The notes under the pieces were generated by a model. It saw only the letters and a program-made list of their open reading frames with translations. It did not search any database and was not told where the DNA came from. Made by a program: the position numbers and the translations under genes. Below are positions 18,399 to 24,175 of a stretch of 64,000 nt of DNA, piece by piece. Each line of letters opens with the position of its first letter. The first letter of the stretch is position 1. Source of the stretch: Eubacteriales bacterium (GTDB lineage Bacteria; Bacillota; Clostridia; Christensenellales; Aristaeellaceae); the NCBI GenBank assembly GCA_031547595.1, contig JAVBRU010000018.1, positions 3,896 through 67,895 on the forward strand, in the 5' to 3' direction.

Positions 18399-19117
18399 CC
18401 GCCTATCCGTTTTATGCAACGCCCGCATTTCAGGCTCAAACAGCCTATGCGGGTTTTGTGCATTCCACGTATGCGCGCACGGCCAACCTGATGCTAAATG
18501 GCCGCATGCTCACCCTGTGCCCAGCGGATGCGCCGCGCGTGCCGGACAGCATTGTGCTGCCCGTGCCGCTATTGCAAGAGGTGACGGTGGGGGAGAACGC
18601 GTGTCTCCGGGATGGAGTATTGGTGGTGGGCAATCTGCAATTGCGCCTGGATGCTGAACAAAGCTGGACGGGATATTTGAAGCCGCAATCCGGCCGCCCC
18701 AAAACAGATACGTTTCTGCATTTCATATCCGCTTTGCAGCATGGTTTTTTGCGACTGCCGTCGGAGTTGCGAAGCCGCATTGATCACGCCCTCATCACTG
18801 CAGAAGCTCCCGGATTTCTTGGCCTTGGCAGCGGCTTGACGCCTTCTTTCGACGATGCCTGCGTGGGCGTGATGGCTGTGTGCCGTGCCTTGGGCAAGCC
18901 AGCGCCTTTCGTGTTGACCGATCTATCTCGCACCACCGATGTGAGCGCGCGCTATTTGCAGTTGGCGCAGGAGGGCTACTTTGGCGAAGCAATCTGCCGC
19001 GTGATGGCCGCGTTGTTTGGTGAGGGCAGCCTTTTGGAATCCGTGCAATCGCTCAAAAACATTGGTGCGACCTCCGGCTGCGATATGCTGTATGGCATGA
19101 CGCAAATTCTGGCTTAA
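18395..19117 (+). CDS. DUF2877-like protein (YlbF/AllH-like)
   Basis: Trimmed to ATG 18395 (ATGA overlap with the kinase stop). 240 aa. It contains GLGSGLTPSFDDACVGVMAV, resembling the G-x-G-LTP-x-(G/F)DD motif I associate with DUF2877/YlbF. Its position in an fdrA-DUF1116 cluster supports the call. Confidence 0.55.
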   Translation: MTAYPFYATPAFQAQTAYAGFVHSTYARTANLMLNGRMLTLCPADAPRVPDSIVLPVPLLQEVTVGENACLRDGVLVVGNLQLRLDAEQSWTGYLKPQSGRPKTDTFLHFISALQHGFLRLPSELRSRIDHALITAEAPGFLGLGSGLTPSFDDACVGVMAVCRALGKPAPFVLTDLSRTTDVSARYLQLAQEGYFGEAICRVMAALFGEGSLLESVQSLKNIGATSGCDMLYGMTQILA

Positions 19118-19132
19118 TTTCTGCAAGAAGGC

Positions 19133-19161
19133 TTGCATTTTGACGCGCCATCCTGTATAAT
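19133..19161 (+). promoter_or_regulatory. sigma-A-type promoter of the proS leader
   Basis: TTGCAT (19133-19138), 17-nt spacer, TATAAT (19156-19161). Confidence 0.65.
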
Positions 19162-19164
19162 GCA

Positions 19165-19380
19165 TTCAATTCCATAGGCGATGCAAGGGACGACACCGTC
19201 ATTTACAGAGAGCGCGCAGCTGCTGAAAGTGCGCACAGACAGTTCCCCGCCCTTGCGCCTGCAGCCAATCCCTGCCGTTTTGCCCCCGTTACCGGGCATC
19301 AAGCGGGCGCAGCTTTTGCGCCAAGCAAGGTGGTACCGCGAAGCATCTCTTCGTCCCTGCAAGGACGAGGGGTTTTTTCA
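19165..19380 (+). promoter_or_regulatory. T-box leader (tRNA-sensing riboswitch) with terminator, controlling proS
   Basis: Stem-I AGAGAG element near 19207. A C-rich specifier region (…GTTCCCCGCCCTTGCGCC) is compatible with Pro CCN codons. The conserved T-box sequence AAGGTGGTACCGCG lies at 19327-19340. It is followed by hairpin TCGTCC-CTGCAA-GGACGA plus GGGGTTTTTT (about 19351-19379), directly upstream of RBS/ATG 19402. Confidence 0.85.
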
Positions 19381-19401
19381 TTTTAGAGGAGGGACATCCC
19401 C

Positions 19402-20844
19402 ATGGCGAAAGAGAACAAACAAGAATTTGTGCAGCACATCACCCCCCGCAGCGAAAATTTCTCGCAGTGGTATACCGATGTTGTGACCCAGACCGACCTG
19501 ATGGACTATACCCCTGTGCGCGGCTGTATGGCGCTGCGTCCCTATGGCAACCGCATTTGGGAGCTGATCCATGAGCAGCTGGACGGCATGTTCAAAGAAA
19601 CCGGCCACGAAAACGTGTCCATGCCCATGCTGATCCCGGAGTCTTTGCTGCTGAAAGAAGCGGATCACGTGGAAGGCTTTGCGCCCGAGGTGGCGTGGGT
19701 CACCCATGGCGGCAACGAGCCGCTGCAGGAGCGCCTCGCCATCCGTCCCACCAGCGAAACGCTGTTTTGCACCATGTTTGCCAAATGGGTGCACAGCTAC
19801 CGCGACCTGCCCATGAAGTACAACCAGTGGTGCAGCGTGATGCGCTGGGAAAAGACCACCCGTCCTTTCCTGCGCACGGCAGAATTCTGGTGGCAGGAAG
19901 GCCACACCGTGCACGCCACTGCCGATGAAGCGCAGGAAGAAACGCTGCTGATGCTGAAGGTGTATCAGGATTTTTGCGAAAAGAACCTTTCGATCCCCGT
20001 ATTTGCCGGTCAGAAGTCCGATAAAGAGAAGTTTGCCGGTGCGCGCGCGACCTACTCTGTGGAAGCCATGATGCAGGACGGCAAAGCGCTGCAGGCCGGC
20101 ACCACCCACAACTTTGGCACCAACTTTTCCGAGCCCTTTGAGGTCAAGTATCTCTCCAAGGAAGGCGTGCTGGAATATTGCCACGAAACCAGTTGGGGCG
20201 TTTCCACCCGCCTGATTGGCGCCATTATCATGACCCACGGCGACGAGCGCGGCCTCAAGCTGCCGCCCATGATCGCGCCTTTCCAGGCCGTTATCCTGCC
20301 CATCGCCGCGCACAAGGGTGGCGTGATGGAGCACTGTGAGGAAGCATACAAGCAGCTGAAAGCCGCTGGCATCCGCGTGAAGCTGGACGACCGCGATAAC
20401 GTGTCCCCCGGCTGGAAGTTCAACGAGTGGGAGCTCAAGGGTGTGCCTGTGCGCGTGGAAATGGGCCCCCGCGATATCGAAAACGGCGTTGCCACCGTCA
20501 TGCGCCGCGATACCTTTGAGAAGACCACTGTGCCCCTTGCAAACCTCGCCGAGGGCATCCAGGCGCTTCTGAATGATATCCAGGCCAATCTTTTCAATAT
20601 CGCCAACGATTTCCGTCTGGCGCATACCAAGGATGTATTCAGCTACGAGGAGCTGGCAGAGCAGGTGGACGGCGGCTATGCCCGCGCCATGTGGTGCGGT
20701 GAGCGCGCCTGTGAGGACAGCATCAAGGAAAAGCTGAACGCCACCAGCCGTAATATGCCCTTTGACCAGACGCCCATCGCCGATACCTGCGTGTGTTGCG
20801 GCAAGAAGGCAGAGAAGCTCATTTATTTCGCAAAAGCATATTGA
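19402..20844 (+). CDS. proS: proline--tRNA ligase (short, archaeal/eukaryote-like type)
   Basis: 480 aa. MAKENKQEFVQHITPRSENFSQWYTDVV…, the class-II motifs (…FRHE-type region AIRPTSET…, …WEKTTRPFLRTAEFWWQEGHT…) and the C-terminal zinc-type CVCCGKKA are present. The T-box leader upstream has Pro-compatible codons. Confidence 0.95.
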   Translation: MAKENKQEFVQHITPRSENFSQWYTDVVTQTDLMDYTPVRGCMALRPYGNRIWELIHEQLDGMFKETGHENVSMPMLIPESLLLKEADHVEGFAPEVAWVTHGGNEPLQERLAIRPTSETLFCTMFAKWVHSYRDLPMKYNQWCSVMRWEKTTRPFLRTAEFWWQEGHTVHATADEAQEETLLMLKVYQDFCEKNLSIPVFAGQKSDKEKFAGARATYSVEAMMQDGKALQAGTTHNFGTNFSEPFEVKYLSKEGVLEYCHETSWGVSTRLIGAIIMTHGDERGLKLPPMIAPFQAVILPIAAHKGGVMEHCEEAYKQLKAAGIRVKLDDRDNVSPGWKFNEWELKGVPVRVEMGPRDIENGVATVMRRDTFEKTTVPLANLAEGIQALLNDIQANLFNIANDFRLAHTKDVFSYEELAEQVDGGYARAMWCGERACEDSIKEKLNATSRNMPFDQTPIADTCVCCGKKAEKLIYFAKAY

Positions 20845-20858
20845 CGGAGCGAGGAATG

Positions 20859-20927
20859 CGGGGGGAAGGAACGCTGGGGCTGCTCGCCCCAGACCCTCGC
20901 CAGGGGCATGATGCCCCTGGACCCGCA
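20859..20927 (+). repeat. GC-rich double-hairpin intergenic repeat, copy R1 (3' of proS)
   Basis: Sequence: CGGGGGGAAGGAACGCTGGGGCTGCTCGCCCCAGACCCTCGCCAGGGGCATGATGCCCCTGGACCCGCAC. It contains hairpins CTGGGGC-TGCTC-GCCCCAG and CAGGGGCAT-G-ATGCCCCTG. It is a near-identical inverted copy of 21700-21767. Confidence 0.85.
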
Positions 20928-20957
20928 CTTTTGAGTTCAATACAGATGCTGGCATGT

Positions 20958-21011
20958 TAAAAAGCCGATGTTGTCGGGTGAGGTTCATTCATCCAACAAC
21001 AGCGGCTTTTT
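20958..21011. terminator. bidirectional intrinsic terminator between proS and the XRE gene
   Basis: AAAAAGCCGATGTTGT … ACAACAGCGGCTTTTT. The long stem is flanked by an A-run and a T-run, so it can terminate both convergent transcripts. Confidence 0.6.
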
Positions 21012-21060
21012 AGGTTATAGGCAAGACAGGTACAACAATAAGGCCATCTATCCTATCAAG

Positions 21061-21282
21061 TTATTTTCTCTTTGGATAAGGCTTTTTTTCATTTGTCAAT
21101 CCAAGAATGTAGTCTGTGCTTGTCTTATAAAAGGTAGCAAGTTTAATCAATATTTCATCAGTTGCTTGCTGTGTGCCTGTTTCGATATAGCTGTATTTCC
21201 TTTGTGTGATGCCAAGTGCCTGTGCAACATCTTCTTGACGCAGATCGGAGTCGATACGCAAGTCCTTCATCCTGTTTTTCAT
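21061..21282 (-). CDS. XRE-family helix-turn-helix transcriptional regulator
   Basis: …MKNRMKDLRIDSDLRQEDVAQALGITQRKYSYIETGTQQATDEILIKLATFYKTSTDYILGLT is a classic Cro/C1-type HTH. The start is uncertain (ATG 21300, 21282 or 21270); 21282 has GGGTGA 4 nt upstream. It lies in an AT-rich segment. Confidence 0.85.
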   Translation of the reverse strand: MKNRMKDLRIDSDLRQEDVAQALGITQRKYSYIETGTQQATDEILIKLATFYKTSTDYILGLTNEKKPYPKRK

Positions 21283-21307
21283 AAAATCACCCGTGCACAT
21301 TTTACCT

Positions 21308-21352
21308 TAGATAAAATATATCTATTGACTTTAGATAAATTTTATCTATAAT
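21308..21352 (+). promoter_or_regulatory. two palindromic operators overlapping a promoter in the XRE / small-gene divergent region
   Basis: TAGATAAAATATATCTA (21308-21324) and the perfect palindrome TAGATAAATTTTATCTA (21332-21348) flank and overlap -35 TTGACT (21325-21330). The -10 TATAAT lies at 21347-21352 after a 16-nt spacer. Confidence 0.65.
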
Positions 21353-21373
21353 GGGCGTAGGAGGTTGATTTAT

Positions 21374-21694
21374 ATGAAGTCGATCATAGAAGAACTATAC
21401 TATGGCAACATCCATGGAGATTCAAGGATTTATGCGAAGGATTCGGCTTTTGTGCAGGCAGCCAAGCGCAAGCTGGAGCACATGAGTGCCTTGAATGAAA
21501 TACTGGACGGGCAAGGCAAAGAGGAATTTGACAAATACTGCGATGCGCAAGGCGATATAGAGAGCATCACCAGATATGACACCTTCACCTATGCGCTGAA
21601 GCTGGGCATTCTGCTGATGACAGAAGTGTTCATGACCAGCAGTGAAGTTGTGGGCGAAGATATATCCGTCCAAGACATTATGCCTGAACAATAA
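21374..21694 (+). CDS. small uncharacterised helical protein (106 aa) paired with the XRE regulator
   Basis: ATG 21374 lies 10 nt after GGAGG. The peptide is MKSIIEELYYGNIHGDSRIY…FDKYCDAQGDIESITRYDTFTYALKLGILLMTEVF. The ELYYGNI-type N-terminus resembles a family of small proteins I have seen next to XRE genes on Clostridia mobile elements (possibly DUF6809; not verifiable here). Confidence 0.6.
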   Translation: MKSIIEELYYGNIHGDSRIYAKDSAFVQAAKRKLEHMSALNEILDGQGKEEFDKYCDAQGDIESITRYDTFTYALKLGILLMTEVFMTSSEVVGEDISVQDIMPEQ

Positions 21695-21699
21695 GGGAG

Positions 21700-21767
21700 G
21701 TGCAGGGGCATGATGCCCCTGCCGGGGAGTCTGAGGGCGAGCAGCCCTCAGCATTCTCCTTCCCCCG
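21700..21767 (-). repeat. GC-rich double-hairpin repeat, copy R2 (inverted relative to R1; overlaps the GNAT 3' end)
   Basis: Sequence: GGTGCAGGGGCATGATGCCCCTGCCGGGGAGTCTGAGGGCGAGCAGCCCTCAGCATTCTCCTTCCCCCG. Its reverse complement aligns base-for-base with R1 apart from a few substitutions and indels. The last 6 codons plus stop of the GNAT gene (PGEGEC*) lie inside it. Confidence 0.85.
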
Positions 21768-22260
21768 GCACCTCCCACGCAAAGATATTGCTTTGCCGCT
21801 GACCGGCGTGATACAGGTCGTGCCAGTCCGGCAGCATGGGCTGGCGCAGCAATTTTGCGCCCAGCTTTTCGCACACGCGGCGGGAGGCCGTGTTGGTGAT
21901 ATTGTTGGTGATGAGCACGGTTTTCATGCCATGGGCTTTGATGACCGGCACCAGAAGCCGGCAAGCAGCGGCAGCATAGCCATGCCCGCGATGCTCTTCG
22001 TGGATGGAATAGCCAATCTGCCCGCCATAATACAGGCTTTCGGTATAGCCAACGCGAAGATCGATATCGCCGATGCGTTCGTCGCCCAGGTAGATGCCAA
22101 ATGCATAGGACGGCACCCATTTCTTTTCTGGAATGGCGGGCTTTTTGTCCACGCATACGAGGGTGACAGTGCCGTCTGTGAGGGGCAGAAGCTCCATGAA
22201 GCCGTTGAATATGACGGGCAGGTTGCTGTAATAGGCGAGTTCCTGTTCGAAGGTTGTCAT
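21748..22260 (-). CDS. GNAT-family N-acetyltransferase
   Basis: 170 aa. …IGYSIHEEHRGHGYAAAACRLLVPVIKAHGMKTVLITNNITNTASRRVCEKLGAKL… is the acetyl-CoA-binding motif A region (R/Q-x-x-G-x-G/A). It has a 4-nt overlap with the upstream methyltransferase. Confidence 0.85.
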   Translation of the reverse strand: MTTFEQELAYYSNLPVIFNGFMELLPLTDGTVTLVCVDKKPAIPEKKWVPSYAFGIYLGDERIGDIDLRVGYTESLYYGGQIGYSIHEEHRGHGYAAAACRLLVPVIKAHGMKTVLITNNITNTASRRVCEKLGAKLLRQPMLPDWHDLYHAGQRQSNIFAWEVPGEGEC

Positions 22261-23057
22261 GGTAGTTTCCTCCCAATATAAAGCAGATGCTCTGCCCAGC
22301 CGAGCAGTTCTTCATGTTCGCACATCGCTTCGGCCAAGTCCAGCCACGCGCTCACCACTTCCGGCGACTGCGTCATGATATTGCTTTCACAGGGGGAGAG
22401 CACGCCCTCCTGCCCCAGGAAGTGCAGCTTTTGCAAAGGGAAGCGCGCCATAAAGGGCAGCACATCCCTTTGTGCGATGAAGAGCGCCTGGGTGAACGCC
22501 GCGCCGCTGAAGCATTGGTTGTTTCTAAGCGTGCTCAGAAAGACTTCCTCGTTTGGATCCAGGATGATCTGCGGCGCGAACTTCATCATATAAATCAGCC
22601 CCGCAAACTGGCTGATAAATGACGTAAAGAGGGTGCCGCCGGGCCTTAGCAACTGCAGTGCGGCGTGCACGGCCTGCTCGCGGTCGCTTTCTTCCAGCAG
22701 GTGATACAGCGGCCCCATCAGCAGCACATGGTCAAACTGCTCGCTTAGCAGCGTGTCGGCCACGCGCGCGTCCCCCTGCAGGGCACGAAGGGGCAGGTCT
22801 TGCCGCGCTGCCTCGGCCTTGGCAAAGGCAACGTTGCCCTCGGATAAGTCCATGAGGGTCACCTTTGCACCCCGTCTGGCCAGATGTAGCGCGTAGCGGC
22901 CCGGCCCGCCGCCGATGTCCAGCACGGTGTCGCCGGGCTTGATGTGACGGTCCATGTAGCGGCAGGTCAAGAGAAACTCTGGCCGTCCGTCGATGCGCTG
23001 CCATTCGCTGTCCACTGTCTCGTTGTAGTATTCCCGTACGATCTGCACCTGGTCCAT
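22257..23057 (-). CDS. class I SAM-dependent methyltransferase
   Basis: Trimmed to ATG 23057 (RBS AAGGAGGG upstream). 266 aa with SAM-binding motif I VLDIGGGPGRYALHLA and the post-I acidic residue (VTLMDLS). Confidence 0.85.
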   Translation of the reverse strand: MDQVQIVREYYNETVDSEWQRIDGRPEFLLTCRYMDRHIKPGDTVLDIGGGPGRYALHLARRGAKVTLMDLSEGNVAFAKAEAARQDLPLRALQGDARVADTLLSEQFDHVLLMGPLYHLLEESDREQAVHAALQLLRPGGTLFTSFISQFAGLIYMMKFAPQIILDPNEEVFLSTLRNNQCFSGAAFTQALFIAQRDVLPFMARFPLQKLHFLGQEGVLSPCESNIMTQSPEVVSAWLDLAEAMCEHEELLGWAEHLLYIGRKLP

Positions 23058-23074
23058 AGGGGTTCCCTCCTTAC

Positions 23075-23330
23075 ATAAAAGCAAAAGCGGCTAAAAGTTT
23101 GTGCTTTCAGCCGCTTCTTAGTATTCAGATGGGGAAGTGCCGCACTATGCGTTGCCGCCCCTGTATACCAAAAGAGCCAAAAGCTGCGTACCCTTATTAT
23201 CGGACGCAGAATTGGTATTGGTATCAGGGGTGTGCACAAACATCAACACGGCGAGATCTCCCTTCCGAAAGTATTTTGGGCAGTATAACACGGGCGGGGG
23301 AAGAATGCAAGCGTTTTTTTACAATCCTGC
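23075..23330 (-). promoter_or_regulatory. candidate structured 5' leader with terminator (attenuator/riboswitch-like) upstream of the methyltransferase-GNAT operon
   Basis: Minus-strand promoter TTGCAT-17 nt-TATACT (about 23296-23324). An approximately 215-nt untranslated leader follows. It contains a long helix CCCCTGATACCAA…TTGGTATACAGGGG that encloses hairpin CTGCGT…ACGCAG. It ends in hairpin AAGCGGCT-16 nt-AGCCGCTT followed by TTGCTTTTAT (23075-23116), 18 nt before the RBS. Confidence 0.4.
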
Positions 23331-23364
23331 CATGGCTTTGACACGATTTGCACATCATTGGCGC

Positions 23365-23393
23365 TTGACGCTGCGGGAAGATGCCCGTATAAT
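23365..23393 (+). promoter_or_regulatory. sigma-A-type promoter of the rhomboid-like gene
   Basis: TTGACG (23365-23370), 17-nt spacer, TATAAT (23388-23393). Confidence 0.6.
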
Positions 23394-23405
23394 GAAACGG
23401 AGGTG

Positions 23406-24050
23406 ATGGTTTTGAAGATTATGGACAAGCTGGAGCGCAGGATGGGCAGGTTCTATATTGAGAACCTCATGCAATACATTTTGTTTGGTATGGCGGGGAT
23501 TTTTCTGCTGGATTTGATGCCATTTTCGTTTAGCGCGTCCACGCTATTGTATTTCAACCGCGCGCTGATTTTGAAGGGCGAGGTCTGGCGCATACTGACG
23601 TTTGTGTTCCTGCCCATCGGGGGCGACATCCTCTCCATGGTGCTGGCAGGATATTTGTTGTATATATTTGGAACGGCGCTGGAGAACCGCTGGGGCAGCC
23701 GCAGATTCACGCTGTATTATCTGCTGGGTGTTCTGTGCAGCATCATCAGCGGATTCATCTTTGGCATAGCCACCAACGCATACATTAACTATTCGCTGTT
23801 CTTTGCCTTCGCCATGCTGTATGGCAACTTTGAGGTGCGCCTGTTCTTTGTGCTGCCGGTGAAGGTGAAATGGATGGCCTGGCTGATGGCCGCTGTGATG
23901 GGGTATAACATCCTGACGGGCGGCTGGCTGGTGCTTTTGCAGGTATTGCTGGTGATGCTGCCGTTTGTGCTGTTCTTTGGAGATGATCTGTATGCCTGGG
24001 GCAAAATGACCTGGTATAAGCTGAAACACCAATGGAATAACAAACGTTAA
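23406..24050 (+). CDS. rhomboid-like polytopic membrane protein, apparently lacking the catalytic dyad
   Basis: The rhomboid-like core is GEVWRILTFVFLP…LENRWGSRRFTLYYLLGVLCSIISG, with about 6 TM segments. No GxSG serine motif or conserved TM6 His is visible. The start is ambiguous (ATG 23406, TTG 23412, ATG 23421). Confidence 0.6.
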   Translation: MVLKIMDKLERRMGRFYIENLMQYILFGMAGIFLLDLMPFSFSASTLLYFNRALILKGEVWRILTFVFLPIGGDILSMVLAGYLLYIFGTALENRWGSRRFTLYYLLGVLCSIISGFIFGIATNAYINYSLFFAFAMLYGNFEVRLFFVLPVKVKWMAWLMAAVMGYNILTGGWLVLLQVLLVMLPFVLFFGDDLYAWGKMTWYKLKHQWNNKR

Positions 24051-24059
24051 GCATTTTAG

Positions 24060-24089
24060 AGACTCTTCGCGACAGAAGGGTCTTTTTTG
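24060..24089 (+). terminator. intrinsic terminator after the rhomboid-like gene
   Basis: AGACTCTTC-GCGACA-GAAGGGTCT followed by TTTTTT. Confidence 0.7.
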
Positions 24090-24113
24090 TTACGTATATA
24101 TGAAACCTTTTCC

Positions 24114-24142
24114 TTGACATTGTTAATAAATTGTCATAAAAT
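24114..24142 (+). promoter_or_regulatory. sigma-A-type promoter of the large PG-binding-repeat gene
   Basis: TTGACA (24114-24119), 17-nt spacer, TAAAAT (24137-24142). Confidence 0.6.
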
Positions 24143-24175
24143 AAGATACTACCGTATATAACGGAGGGTGTTTTT

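Noticed and set aside
19378-20988. 536-aa minus-strand ORF
   Set aside because: It lies entirely antisense to proS, which is unmistakable and is preceded by its T-box leader. The translation is R/A/G/H-rich with no RBS.
20859-21767. Interpreting R1/R2 as terminal inverted repeats of an autonomous transposon
   Set aside because: No transposase or recombinase lies between them, and no obvious target-site duplication is seen. Related copies (R3, R4) occur singly after other genes' stop codons. The inverted arrangement may simply reflect two convergent genes each carrying a 3' repeat. It is kept as a finding, but not called a mobile element.
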